Below are positions 17,604 through 27,434 of a stretch of DNA of 64,000 bases, piece after piece. Made by a program: the position numbers and the translations under genes. Origin of the DNA: a virus; the IMG/VR virus record IMGVR_UViG_3300028840_003067, positions 3,786-67,785 of that record; one strand, written 5' to 3'. The stretch's first letter is position 1, and each line of letters opens with the position of its first letter. Under the pieces are notes generated by a model. The model searched no databases. It was not told where the DNA came from and was given only the letters and a program-made list of their open reading frames with translations.

Positions 17604-19453
17604 TGGGCTATCAAGTACCGAGACCGTTTAACCTGGAACCGTACAAGAATGTCTATCTCGACATTGAAACGACGGGGTTTAATATCTACGGGGAAGACTA
17701 CCCGATAGGGGTGTCTCTCGGTGTGGAGACCGGACCAGGGCAAGCCGAGTTTCGGTACTTTCCCATCGCGCATAAGGTTGGCCCGAATATTCCGAAAGCG
17801 GCTCTGTACGAGTGGCTGCAACGGGAAATGCGGAACAAGGTGGTGATTGGGCACAACATCGGCGGGTTCGACCTTCCAGGGTTGCGCCACGACGGGCTGA
17901 ATCTGATCGGCCACGGCAACACGTTCCGAGACACGATGCACGCAGCAATCATCGATAATGCTGATGCACCGAGCTACTCTCTGGACGGGTGCGCGAAACG
18001 GTATCTTGGCGAAGCCGGAAAGATTACCGGCCTCGACAAGTCGAACCTCGTGAACGTGCATCCCGAACAAGTCGGAGCCTACGCAGAACAAGACACGAGA
18101 CTCTGTTGGTTGTTGGATCCGATACTCCACGGATTTCTCAAACGGCGTGACGTGCTTCGTGTCTACGATCTTGAATGTCAGACCATCGAGCCGGTCGTCG
18201 AAATGCAGGAGAATGGTTTGCTGTTCGATCATGCCAAAGCAAAATCGTGGATTGATCTCGCCCAACGTGATTTCGATGCGGTGAAAAGTGAGATCGGCGG
18301 GATCAACATGAACAGTGGCAAGCAGACACAAGAAGTGTGCGACCGTCTGGGTATTGTGTATCCGTGGAATTGGAAGTGCCCGAATCCCGAATGTGAAGAA
18401 TCGTTCCCAGATTATAAGCACGACGGGCAAGTGTACACATGCTGGAAGTGTAAAAAAGACATGCTCGCCGTCTCTCCCCACTTCGGCAAGAAGTTCTTGA
18501 AACATATTGACCATCCGTTTGTGAAGGCGATTTTGAAAGCCAAGCAGCTTCATAAACTCCTTCATACGTTTCTCATTCCGTGGGTCGAGACTATCGATCC
18601 CACGAAACCGATCCTCCGGTTTCAACTGCATCAGCTTCGTGATCGAGACGAAGAAGGAAGCACGTCCGGAGCCGTCTCTGGTCGCTTCTCATGTTCGTCA
18701 ATGGGTGAAGGGGCACAGCCGCAACAGATTTGGGCGACAGCCAACCAAATTGAAGAGATCGGGGACGCCTACCTCCTGCGTTCGCTCTTCATACCGGAAA
18801 ATGGCCAGCGTTTCTTGTCTATTGATGCTTCTCAAATCGAGTTCCGGCTGTTCGCCCACTATTCCGAGAACCCTGAGTTGATTGCGGCGTACGTCGATCA
18901 TCCAGACACGAATTTCCATAAGTTCGTGGCTGAGCATGTCTTGAAGGGACGGCTCCCGTACAAGAAAGCGAAGAATATTAACTTCGGCACGCTCTACAAC
19001 ATGGGCGTCGCGAAGTTCGCTCGTGAGATGAATGTCTCGACGAAGGAAGCCGCGGAAATGGTTGCCATTTATGACGAGGCGTTTCCCGCAGCCAAAGACC
19101 TCCGCAATCGATGCAAACGGGCCGCGCTCAGTGGGATTCCAACGCTCACCTTACTTGGTCGGCGCTTTGATTGGCCTGCGGAGCGAAAGAAGAAAGCCTA
19201 TATCGCATTGAACCGTCTGATCCAAGGATCTGCCGCAGACCTGATGAAAATGGCATTGGTGAAGGCGTATCATGGAGGGTACTTTTCAAAGATGCGGCTC
19301 ACGGTGCACGACGAGATCGACGGAGACATTCCCAATGACGAAGCGGCACGAGACTTGAAGAGAGATTTAGAGTCACCAGAGTTTCACCAACACCTGTTGC
19401 GCGTGCCGCTCTTATGGGAGACACAGATTTCGGATAATTGGAGTGGGCAATGA
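17603..19453 (+). CDS. polA: family A DNA polymerase with 3'-5' exonuclease
   Basis: Exo motifs DIETTG, HNIGGFD, YAEQD; motif A DASQIEFR, motif B KNINFGTLY, motif C VHDE. Confidence 0.95.
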   Translation: MGYQVPRPFNLEPYKNVYLDIETTGFNIYGEDYPIGVSLGVETGPGQAEFRYFPIAHKVGPNIPKAALYEWLQREMRNKVVIGHNIGGFDLPGLRHDGLNLIGHGNTFRDTMHAAIIDNADAPSYSLDGCAKRYLGEAGKITGLDKSNLVNVHPEQVGAYAEQDTRLCWLLDPILHGFLKRRDVLRVYDLECQTIEPVVEMQENGLLFDHAKAKSWIDLAQRDFDAVKSEIGGINMNSGKQTQEVCDRLGIVYPWNWKCPNPECEESFPDYKHDGQVYTCWKCKKDMLAVSPHFGKKFLKHIDHPFVKAILKAKQLHKLLHTFLIPWVETIDPTKPILRFQLHQLRDRDEEGSTSGAVSGRFSCSSMGEGAQPQQIWATANQIEEIGDAYLLRSLFIPENGQRFLSIDASQIEFRLFAHYSENPELIAAYVDHPDTNFHKFVAEHVLKGRLPYKKAKNINFGTLYNMGVAKFAREMNVSTKEAAEMVAIYDEAFPAAKDLRNRCKRAALSGIPTLTLLGRRFDWPAERKKKAYIALNRLIQGSAADLMKMALVKAYHGGYFSKMRLTVHDEIDGDIPNDEAARDLKRDLESPEFHQHLLRVPLLWETQISDNWSGQ

Positions 19454-19662
19454 ACAGGAAGAACTTTCGCTTGTCCATCAGTAATGGATACGATACCTAT
19501 GATTGTCGGTACATGCTCGGTGTGCCGAATACACTGTCCGAGCGCGGACGGACGTTGTGGACTCCCTATCTCAACCTCTACGATGAACGGGGCATTGTCG
19601 GGACGCTGCGGATACAGGAACTTCGACGACTGAAGCGATGGATGGAGCGAGTCGGTGTATGA
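19450..19662 (+). CDS. hypothetical protein
   Basis: ATGA couplings on both sides. Confidence 0.5.
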   Translation: MNRKNFRLSISNGYDTYDCRYMLGVPNTLSERGRTLWTPYLNLYDERGIVGTLRIQELRRLKRWMERVGV

Positions 19663-20453
19663 TCGCCGAAGCGATTCTCGTCCTGGCCTTGTCGAAGCCG
19701 ACAATGCTCGTGACGACCGGCTATTGTCGGCATTGGCCATGTGTCAATCCGGTGTGGAGTGATGGAGTCACCGCAAGTGGAACACGAGCACAACGAGGGA
19801 CGTGCGCGGCAGACTGGCGGCACTTTCCGAGAGGTACCTGGCTCTATGTATCTGGCTACGGATTGTGTCGAGTCGAGGATACTGGCCGTCTCATTCAAGG
19901 GCACATTATTGATTTGTACTTTGAAGACATACGACTGGCAAGAGAATGGGGTAGACAAACAACAAAGATATGGAGGGTGACGATGGAGGTCGTGGCGAGT
20001 CCGCGGACAATAGAGGTTGGTGAGTTGGAGCGATTGCTGGAAGACGAGACGACGATTGGCTCATGGGCCGAGGAGCGTTTCGGGCGACCGAATATCCTCG
20101 CGGTGCTCCGTCGTATGTGCGACGAGAACCTCGAAGCAATGGAAGCGTGCGTCGTGAGTAACGCGGCGACACGTACGATGTTCCAGGCCATGCGAAAAGG
20201 GTTAGCGCATTTAGATAATTACAAGCTCTCAGACGAGGAGTTGCATCAGCGCATTCCCTCTATCGCTGAAGAGGTCGCGGATTGTTACATTGTCGCGTGT
20301 CATGCGTCAAAAGTGATGAACGTGAATCTCAAATCCTATATCGATGAAAAGATGTTAGTCAATCGACGGCGGCGGTGGAAACAGAATGCCGACGGTACCG
20401 GCCAGCATGTTGATGAAGATATTATTTTGACCTCTATCGATCAAGAAGAATAG
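19659..20453 (+). CDS. 3D-domain protein fused in frame to a MazG-like pyrophosphatase
   Basis: TASG..AADW..VEDTG..IDLYF..WGR (3D domain); EEVAD..KMLVNRRRRW (MazG-like); internal GGAGG and ATG 19983. Confidence 0.8.
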   Translation: MIAEAILVLALSKPTMLVTTGYCRHWPCVNPVWSDGVTASGTRAQRGTCAADWRHFPRGTWLYVSGYGLCRVEDTGRLIQGHIIDLYFEDIRLAREWGRQTTKIWRVTMEVVASPRTIEVGELERLLEDETTIGSWAEERFGRPNILAVLRRMCDENLEAMEACVVSNAATRTMFQAMRKGLAHLDNYKLSDEELHQRIPSIAEEVADCYIVACHASKVMNVNLKSYIDEKMLVNRRRRWKQNADGTGQHVDEDIILTSIDQEE

Positions 20454-20471
20454 ATGTGAAAGGATCTCGAC

Positions 20472-22430
20472 ATGAGCATTTTATCAGATGAATTTGTGCG
20501 CTCGTTTCCAGTGAAGTTCGAAACATTCATGGGGGAGTTCACCTACTGGCGGACCTACTCGCGTAATCTGTGGGATGAAGGCCGAAAAGAGCAGTGGCCG
20601 GAGACAGCCGCCCGTGTAATCAACGGCACGTTCGACTTGCTTCGGGTTCATTGCATCACGAATAATCGCAAATGGGACAATGCACGAGCCGAACGGACAG
20701 CGCAGGAAATGTTTGTCCGGATGGTGACGTTTAAGTTCACACCCCCTGGTCGTGGGTTGTACGCAATGGGATCGGAAGCGGTCGAAGCTCACGGAGGAGC
20801 CGTCCTGAACAACTGTGCGTTTGTCTCGTCACGAAATCTGAGTTCACAGGTGTTTACGAATCTGATGAACCTGACCATGCTTGGAGTCGGCGTGGGGTAC
20901 GACACACTCGGTGCGGGACAGATGGTGCTTTCGAAACCGCAGCCATACGAGGCACGAGTCGTGATCGACGACACCCGTGAAGGGTGGGTACATTCGTTGG
21001 AAGTGTTACTTGACTCGTATTTCGTGTCTTCACCGAATCCGACCGTGGTGTTTGACTACGGTAAGATCAGGCCAAAAGGACAGCCGATCAAACGGTTTGG
21101 TGGGATCAGCAGCGGACCAGAGCCCTTGATCCGAATGCACAAGAGTCTTCGGATGCTGTGTGACCAGTACGTCCATAAGCGGGTTGACTCGACCTTCATC
21201 GTCGATGCCGCGAATCTCGTGGGACGGTGCGTCGTGTCGGGGAACGTGCGACGGTCGGCACAGATTGCGCTTGGCTTGGAAGGGGACAAAGAATTTCTGC
21301 ATTTGAAAGACGATGCGGAACTCGTACGGGACCGTCGAGGATTTTCCAACAACTCTATTCGCGCCCACGTCGGGATGGACTATCGGGAAGCTGCCGCGCA
21401 CACGGCACTGAATGGTGAGCCTGGGTACCTCTGGCTCGATAATGCACGTATGTTTGGCCGGATGAATGGACAAATTTCAACACGGACGGACTTCCTCGCA
21501 ATGGGGACTAATCCTTGTTCCGAACAAACATTGGAGGATGGGGAGCTATGTTGCCTCGTAGAAACGTATCCGGCGAAGCACGAGACGTTGGACGATTACT
21601 TGAAGACCCTCAAGCTCGCCTATCTCTATGCCAAGACGGTGACGCTCATCAAGACCGGCATCCCAGAGACGGACAGTATTATTGCTCGGAACCGGAGAAT
21701 TGGGTGCAGCATGTCCGGAGTCGTGCAGGCCATCCAGAAACACGGCGCAACCGAATTTATTCGATGGTGCAATCGTGGATACGACTTCCTCACCGGCTTG
21801 GACGCCAGTTACTCCGATTGGTTACAGGTACCGGAAAGCATCAAGCGAACGAGTGTGAAGCCGTCAGGGACCGTCTCAATTCTCGCCAACGCGACACCTG
21901 GCATTCACTATCCGCACGCCGAGCACTACATACGGAGGATCCGGTTCGCCAGCAATTCACCGATCATCCCCCGCTTGGAGCAGGCGAAGTACAAGATTCT
22001 ACCGGACATTTACGGGCAGGAACAGGGGAAAGAGAATACGTTGGTGTGCGAATTTCCGATTAAGGAGCCCTACTTTTCGAAAGGGAAGGCGCACGTATCG
22101 ATGTGGGAGCAACTGGCATTGGCCGCGGCCATGCAGCGGTATTGGGCCGACAATCAGGTGAGTATTACGGTGCACTTCACGAAGGACGAGGCCAAGGATA
22201 TCCCCCTCGCCTTGGAAATTTACCAACATCAATTGAAGTCGGTGAGTTTTCTCCCCTACGATCCGCACCAAGCCTATGAGCTTGCTCCGTACGAAGAAAT
22301 CACGGCCTCGGAGTACGCAGCAATGGCATCAAAGTTGCGTAAGGTGGAGGTACCATACGACAGACTCGATACCGAGGCAAGTCCGCCACGGGGTTGTGAT
22401 TCTGATGTGTGTGAAATAAAGGGAGTGTAG
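20472..22430 (+). CDS. nrdJ: class II (B12-dependent) ribonucleotide reductase, monomeric RTPR type
   Basis: FTPPGRGL, NNCAF, TNPCSEQTL..CCLVE, TSVKPSGTVS, C-terminal GCDSDVCEI. Confidence 0.95.
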   Translation: MSILSDEFVRSFPVKFETFMGEFTYWRTYSRNLWDEGRKEQWPETAARVINGTFDLLRVHCITNNRKWDNARAERTAQEMFVRMVTFKFTPPGRGLYAMGSEAVEAHGGAVLNNCAFVSSRNLSSQVFTNLMNLTMLGVGVGYDTLGAGQMVLSKPQPYEARVVIDDTREGWVHSLEVLLDSYFVSSPNPTVVFDYGKIRPKGQPIKRFGGISSGPEPLIRMHKSLRMLCDQYVHKRVDSTFIVDAANLVGRCVVSGNVRRSAQIALGLEGDKEFLHLKDDAELVRDRRGFSNNSIRAHVGMDYREAAAHTALNGEPGYLWLDNARMFGRMNGQISTRTDFLAMGTNPCSEQTLEDGELCCLVETYPAKHETLDDYLKTLKLAYLYAKTVTLIKTGIPETDSIIARNRRIGCSMSGVVQAIQKHGATEFIRWCNRGYDFLTGLDASYSDWLQVPESIKRTSVKPSGTVSILANATPGIHYPHAEHYIRRIRFASNSPIIPRLEQAKYKILPDIYGQEQGKENTLVCEFPIKEPYFSKGKAHVSMWEQLALAAAMQRYWADNQVSITVHFTKDEAKDIPLALEIYQHQLKSVSFLPYDPHQAYELAPYEEITASEYAAMASKLRKVEVPYDRLDTEASPPRGCDSDVCEIKGV

Positions 22431-22494
22431 GGACGGTGACGGACGGCGGTTATCTCGTGCCTCTGGACGTGATTGATGATTTACGGAGGTTTTT

Positions 22495-22728
22495 ATGCCG
22501 AAACAACGAGTTGCGAAGATTGTCCAAGCCGATGAAGAGATTGTGGAGAGGCCCGTCCTGGCGACAGCGATTAGGAATCTCTCACGCGGAGTACAAAAAC
22601 TGTTATCGCAAGGGCTTAATGAGAGGGCCATTACGTGTCTTCTCCATGAGTTTTCAGGAGTGGGGAAACCCGATATCCGATCCGTCTTGGCAAGCCTCAA
22701 GAACCTCGAACGGGAGTACTGTAAATGA
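22495..22728 (+). CDS. hypothetical protein
   Basis: GGAGG RBS. Confidence 0.65.
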   Translation: MPKQRVAKIVQADEEIVERPVLATAIRNLSRGVQKLLSQGLNERAITCLLHEFSGVGKPDIRSVLASLKNLEREYCK

Positions 22729-22780
22729 AGTTAAAATATGGCATCTTTCGAAGCGCGTGGCAGGCGCATAAACGATTCGG

Positions 22781-23020
22781 GTGTCGCATGACGTGTTGGT
22801 ATTGTCGCATGGCGAAGAAGTTGCGGGGCGCGTCATGAACCTCACCGGTCTCGATAGCCGACTCGACGGGCTAAAGAACATCGATCCTGGGACATGGGAC
22901 ACGTTTCTTGATGAAGTGGAGGGCTTGCTCGACGCCATTAATGACGGAAGTATCCTGGCGATTGCGAGGCGGCACGTTGTCGTAGCAGACGGCTTAAAGT
23001 ATATCCGAAAACAATGTTAG
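22781..23020 (+). CDS. hypothetical protein
   Basis: ORF in the array. Confidence 0.45.
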   Translation: MSHDVLVLSHGEEVAGRVMNLTGLDSRLDGLKNIDPGTWDTFLDEVEGLLDAINDGSILAIARRHVVVADGLKYIRKQC

Positions 23021-23030
23021 GGAGGCAACC

Positions 23031-23264
23031 ATGAGCCAGTTGACACCAGAACAGTTTGACCATGTACGGTTGACGAAGCGCACCGAGTTGGTTGTTGAGG
23101 TTGACACGCTGAGTTTGCTCAAAGCGGCTGGCGTGGATCCAAAGAAGTATGGGGTCTACTCCGCGTCCGTGGAGCAAGGCGTCATCCCACGGACCCGCGT
23201 TCGACAAGGGATGGCGAGCACCCTCGTCTTGGTCTTGAATGAACTTAGGAGCTTGGACGAATGA
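23031..23264 (+). CDS. hypothetical protein
   Basis: GGGAGG RBS. Confidence 0.55.
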   Translation: MSQLTPEQFDHVRLTKRTELVVEVDTLSLLKAAGVDPKKYGVYSASVEQGVIPRTRVRQGMASTLVLVLNELRSLDE

Positions 23265-23860
23265 AGCCAGAGAATAAGTTTCGTCTGTGGTACATAAAGA
23301 GCTTTCAATCGTACCTGCATACACGGTATCCTGGTACAATTACGTCGGTTCAGAAACATGCGGACTATGCGACCGGTGGCATACCGGATTTAGATATCAC
23401 GATCAATGGCTTCACCCTGTGGGTTGAAGTGAAACTACTGCCAGCGTGTACACGAGCGAGGAGGCTTGATGTTTCGGATCTGCAACGCGACAATCTCGCA
23501 AAGAAATATGCCGCAGGTGCCCCTTCGGGTGTACTTGTTGGCTTGCCTCTTGGACCGCGTCGGGGATACACCGCGGCCTGGTTCCCGACGCCCGAAATTC
23601 CGCGGGTGGTTACGAACTCTTGTTTTGTCGACGTTCAGCAGACGATGGATGCCTTGTACCACATGGCGAAAGAGTACGCGGAACGGACCCATCTCAAGTT
23701 TATCCAGCGTCCTCAATATGTATTCCCTACAATTGATCCTGCTACTCTCGATGTTGTTGTGGACACCGGCGAATGCCCAGGCATCAAACCCATGCTGGAC
23801 CAACTACAAAATTCCCCAACATCTTGTCGGAGAGGAGACAAACTACAGCGTCGGTCTTGA
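23261..23860 (+). CDS. VRR-NUC / Holliday-junction resolvase-like nuclease
   Basis: E..F, GIPDL, WVEVK, S.LQ motifs. Confidence 0.8.
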   Translation: MKPENKFRLWYIKSFQSYLHTRYPGTITSVQKHADYATGGIPDLDITINGFTLWVEVKLLPACTRARRLDVSDLQRDNLAKKYAAGAPSGVLVGLPLGPRRGYTAAWFPTPEIPRVVTNSCFVDVQQTMDALYHMAKEYAERTHLKFIQRPQYVFPTIDPATLDVVVDTGECPGIKPMLDQLQNSPTSCRRGDKLQRRS

Positions 23861-24059
23861 GATACGGTCGTATGACCAGGATCTTGACGGTGTGCCGGAG
23901 TTGTTTTTGATGTTTCAAATTTTAACTGAAGGCCAAGGCGATTTGGTTTATTCCACCAACGACGTGCCTCTGTTTATCGCCCTTGATGTGAATCAAGACG
24001 GAAACGTCGATATCGTAGGAGTTGTCGATGAAGATATGGATACGTGCCGGATTTATTAG
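23718..24059 (+). CDS. exported protein with DxDxDG Ca-binding-like motifs
   Basis: Signal peptide ending ANA; DQDLDG and DVNQDG. Confidence 0.6.
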   Translation: MYSLQLILLLSMLLWTPANAQASNPCWTNYKIPQHLVGEETNYSVGLEIRSYDQDLDGVPELFLMFQILTEGQGDLVYSTNDVPLFIALDVNQDGNVDIVGVVDEDMDTCRIY

Positions 24060-24384
24060 TGCAGCGATGATGTTGATGACGATGCCGGTGTTCGCGGCCA
24101 ATTTGGTCTGGGACCGCAACACTGAATCAGACATGAAGGACTACCAGGTCTGGGCCTGCTTCACGGCGAATTGCGTCGTGGCGAAGACACAGGCCGCGCT
24201 CCAAGGGACGGTGGCGCAACCGGCGGTTGGTGTGCAGCCGACCTTCCCGATTGACTTGGTAGACAAGGAAGGGGCCGTTGCAGTATCGGCAAGGGATATC
24301 ACTTTGAACGAGTCGGGGTTAAGCGTGGCAGTCCCTTTCGACCGGAAGGCTCCATCGATCCCTATGAATCCTGCGCTCAAATAA
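24028..24384 (+). CDS. exported fibronectin-III-like protein
   Basis: Signal peptide ending VFA; LVWDRNTESDMKDYQVW...AVSARD..NESGLS. Confidence 0.7.
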   Translation: MKIWIRAGFISAAMMLMTMPVFAANLVWDRNTESDMKDYQVWACFTANCVVAKTQAALQGTVAQPAVGVQPTFPIDLVDKEGAVAVSARDITLNESGLSVAVPFDRKAPSIPMNPALK

Positions 24385-24472
24385 AGAGCTTCGTCCAACG
24401 GCATCGTTGTTATAATGATGTGGTTCGAGGCGAGCGTAAAGGACACAGGGAAAAAGGACACCAGAACAAACG

Positions 24473-24619
24473 ATGAGAGTCACGATATACAAAGCGCCCT
24501 GCCCGAAGTGTGGCGGGGCGCTGACTCCGCACCACATTGATAACGACACGTTGTACACGTGGGTACGGTGTATCAACTGTGGCAAGCTGATCCGATCCGA
24601 TAAAGAGAAACGGCCATGA
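24473..24619 (+). CDS. small Zn-ribbon protein (not in ORF track)
   Basis: CPKCGG...RCINCG; ATGA coupling. Confidence 0.6.
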   Translation: MRVTIYKAPCPKCGGALTPHHIDNDTLYTWVRCINCGKLIRSDKEKRP

Positions 24620-24948
24620 AAGAGTACAACGTCAAAGAACTGCCGGTTGACGGCGTACTCCCAACGGGAGAAATTGGTATCGAGTATACCAATGGACGAT
24701 GGGAGCGCAACGGGCAACGCCTGTTGTGTCCCGTCTGCCGTGTCATGCTACAGCGACAACCGGCTTCCGAGAATTGGACGAAGGCCGCGTCTCTCACGCT
24801 TGGCTGGACAATTCAACGCACCCTCGCGTTCAAGTTGGCATTAGGGAACGCGACGATCAAAGGAAATTCACATGAGGCCAAAAAAGGAATCCTCGACGCT
24901 CAACTTTACCGTCTCCTGCACAAGCTGGCTCGGAAGATTCATCCATGA
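24616..24948 (+). CDS. hypothetical protein
   Basis: Coupled to the upstream ORF. Confidence 0.5.
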   Translation: MKEYNVKELPVDGVLPTGEIGIEYTNGRWERNGQRLLCPVCRVMLQRQPASENWTKAASLTLGWTIQRTLAFKLALGNATIKGNSHEAKKGILDAQLYRLLHKLARKIHP

Positions 24949-25083
24949 CTCTGTCCCGTATGCGTCCGTCATGCTGGATGATGCGCGTGAGCAGTACGAG
25001 TTGACCGAGGATGAATACCTGAATTATACCGCGGCGTGTTATGCAGATGTGCGCCGACCTCTTAACATCTAGGAGCACGACAC

Positions 25084-25374
25084 ATGTACTACGAAATCCA
25101 TCTCACCCTCAGTACTGTCCCCGATGTGTTCTCGGTGAAAACGAAATGCCTGTTCCCGTATGGGTGGTACTTCTCACAGATTACCGGTGACCATCCGCAA
25201 CTCGGTCCCGCGGCCACTAGCTATGCGACGGTGAATCTGACCGGTGATTGGCCCCTTCCTGACGTGATGGATGCGATGAACCACATGGCAAAAATCTTAC
25301 AGGAAAATGGGTGTACACTCATACGAAAGAGGGTCGAAATCATTCTATTCGATGAACGAATCACGGAGCATTGA
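25084..25374 (+). CDS. hypothetical protein
   Basis: AGGAG RBS; YYEIHLT..RKRVEIILFD. Confidence 0.6.
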   Translation: MYYEIHLTLSTVPDVFSVKTKCLFPYGWYFSQITGDHPQLGPAATSYATVNLTGDWPLPDVMDAMNHMAKILQENGCTLIRKRVEIILFDERITEH

Positions 25375-25590
25375 ATGATGCGGACCTGGTGGCTGCGACT
25401 CTTAAATCGGGCGGCGAAAGTGTATCTCCTCCTCTTAGGTGTGGTGATCGTGGTCGGCTTCGGCATTCTGATCGCAAAGATGACTGCCGTAGCCGGACCG
25501 GTGGTCCCTCTTCTCCTTGGTGGGGGACTTGGCTTCATCGTCTCCGTGATTGTCGTGACGGAACATATTGGAGAGGATCCTCGTGAATGA
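25375..25590 (+). CDS. two-TM membrane protein
   Basis: Two hydrophobic segments. Confidence 0.55.
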   Translation: MMRTWWLRLLNRAAKVYLLLLGVVIVVGFGILIAKMTAVAGPVVPLLLGGGLGFIVSVIVVTEHIGEDPRE

Positions 25591-26068
25591 ACGACAAACC
25601 AAATGGGACCGACGCTTCCTCCAATTGGCGGAGCACATTGCCCAATGGTCCAAAGATCCAAGCACCAAAGTTGGTGCCGTTCTCGTGCAAGACGGGAACG
25701 TCGTCGTGGGTCTTGGCTACAACGGGTTCCCGCGTGGGGTGCGCGATGATGCCGATCGATACGAGGACCGAGACACGAAATACAAGATGGTCGTGCACGC
25801 GGAAGTGAACGCGGTGCTCATGGCCGGTGAACGCGCACGAGGAGCCACGTTGTACGTGTGGCCGTCCTTCCTGGTCCCACCGATTTGCAATGAGTGTTGT
25901 AAGATGGCGATTCAAGCCGGTGTGGTCAAGATCGTGGGGTATGAAGTTGCAGAGGACCAATTGACCGAACGACAACTCAGGTGGAAAGATTCGATCCTCG
26001 TGTCTCGTACCATGTGTGAAGAGGCGGGGATTTTAATGAAGGGGATCAATGGAGGATATTATGAGTAA
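25568..26068 (+). CDS. dCMP deaminase
   Basis: SKDPSTKVGA, GYNGFPRG, HAEVNA, PICNEC. Confidence 0.93.
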   Translation: MERILVNERQTKWDRRFLQLAEHIAQWSKDPSTKVGAVLVQDGNVVVGLGYNGFPRGVRDDADRYEDRDTKYKMVVHAEVNAVLMAGERARGATLYVWPSFLVPPICNECCKMAIQAGVVKIVGYEVAEDQLTERQLRWKDSILVSRTMCEEAGILMKGINGGYYE

Positions 26069-26351
26069 CATCGGACCGGCACGCGTTTTTAGTCTCCCGT
26101 ATGGGATCCGTCTTCTTTCGAACGGCTACCTTGAAGTCTTTAATCGAGAGTGGCAGACGATTGGTGGGCCGTTTAAGTTTCTCACGTCTGGGGGGAAAGC
26201 GTTTACGCCAAAGAGCGAGCGAGACGCGTTTATGTTTTACAATGACGCGACCAATCCCACACGGACCGCAAAAAACATGGAAGTGTACCTGAAAAAACTC
26301 TCGCAATTTATGAAGCGTGAGACGGAATGGCATGAAGGAGCGAACCAATGA
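26049..26351 (+). CDS. hypothetical protein
   Basis: GGAGG RBS near ATG 26061. Confidence 0.55.
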   Translation: MEDIMSNIGPARVFSLPYGIRLLSNGYLEVFNREWQTIGGPFKFLTSGGKAFTPKSERDAFMFYNDATNPTRTAKNMEVYLKKLSQFMKRETEWHEGANQ

Positions 26352-26932
26352 AAATCGCCTTTACAGGATCAGGGGGAACCGGCAAAACAACGATGGCGAA
26401 ATACCTCTCCGAGAAGTGGGACGTGCCGTACATCGGCAGTGTCTCACGGGAAGTCATGGCCGAAATGAATGTGCTGCATGAAGATGCACAAGAATCCATG
26501 ACAGAAGGTATGCTGCTGGAATTACAGCACGCCATTATGCAGCGTCGAAAGGATAAGATCGCAGGCCGAACCTCGTATGTGACCGACCGGTGTGCGCTCG
26601 ACAACTATGTGTACGCGCTGCGTCGGTGTGGGGCCGCGATGACCGAAGAGGCCCGTCAAAAATGGGAAGCGTTGGCCGTCGAAGACTTACTCTCGCACGA
26701 CCTCGTCTTCTACGCTCCCGCGGGTTTGTTTCGCGTCGAAGACGACGGGACGCGCACTGTGAGTCCGTCTCACCAATCGTTAATGGATCTGGCGATGTAT
26801 GGGTTCCTCTGCAAGCATGGGTTTGATCGATGCGCGGAGACGATACACATTCTCAGTATGCCCGACCTTGACCGGCGGAAAGCCTACTGTGACGCGCTGT
26901 GTTCGGAGTTATACGCGCTACAAGATGAGTAA
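26348..26932 (+). CDS. P-loop nucleotide kinase (AAA_28/NadR-like)
   Basis: KIAFTGSGGTGKTT, TDRCALD, EDDGTR. Confidence 0.8.
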   Translation: MKIAFTGSGGTGKTTMAKYLSEKWDVPYIGSVSREVMAEMNVLHEDAQESMTEGMLLELQHAIMQRRKDKIAGRTSYVTDRCALDNYVYALRRCGAAMTEEARQKWEALAVEDLLSHDLVFYAPAGLFRVEDDGTRTVSPSHQSLMDLAMYGFLCKHGFDRCAETIHILSMPDLDRRKAYCDALCSELYALQDE

Positions 26933-27080
26933 CACGTATGCCGTTATCGCTTGTCCCGTGTGAACATTATTGGCTAGAAATGGTGCGTCGGGCGACGACC
27001 ACGGTCGCTATCTGCAAGCACTGTCGCAAACGCGGGGAGTTTACGCAGGAGGAATGGAAACAACTCGCGGCAAGGGGCGC

Positions 27081-27434
27081 ATGTCTCAACAAACCGATCC
27101 GTGTCTAATTCCACCTGAGCTTATACCGGCATTGGTGCGCGGCTTGAAAGCGTATACCGAAGTCTGGACGCTCGAAGAGCCGCACACACGGATTGGTTGG
27201 CTGAAGCTCCAACCTCCATCTGCGCCGTTCCTCCGTCTTCCGATTCTCTTTTCGTTGGGTGACTATGCGAAGGATCCCCTGCGTCCGACTCCGATCGTGA
27301 CGCTACACGTGCTTCCGTATCGAGATGAGCATGGTGTGATTACGGTGTTTGGTGTCTCGCGTCAGGAGGCCCAATATTTGTGGCGCGTCAAAGAGTTTTG
27401 GGCTTCAGATCCGACGCGGTTACCCAAGCTTTGA
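27081..27434 (+). CDS. hypothetical protein, last gene of the + arm
   Basis: AAGGGG RBS; overlaps the convergent gene's stop. Confidence 0.45.
   Translation: MSQQTDPCLIPPELIPALVRGLKAYTEVWTLEEPHTRIGWLKLQPPSAPFLRLPILFSLGDYAKDPLRPTPIVTLHVLPYRDEHGVITVFGVSRQEAQYLWRVKEFWASDPTRLPKL

Noticed and set aside
17474-18631. 385-aa antisense ORF
   Set aside because: Lies opposite polA with no recognisable motifs; consistent with a shadow ORF.
20472-22430. Intein or intron in nrdJ, polA or terL
   Set aside because: Lengths are normal and motifs contiguous; no intein splice motifs noticed.
26925-26963. Short ORF ending CPV-TGA, suggesting stop-codon recoding
   Set aside because: An alternative frame from ATG 26938 gives an intact small ORF, and conserved genes end normally at TAA, TAG and TGA.
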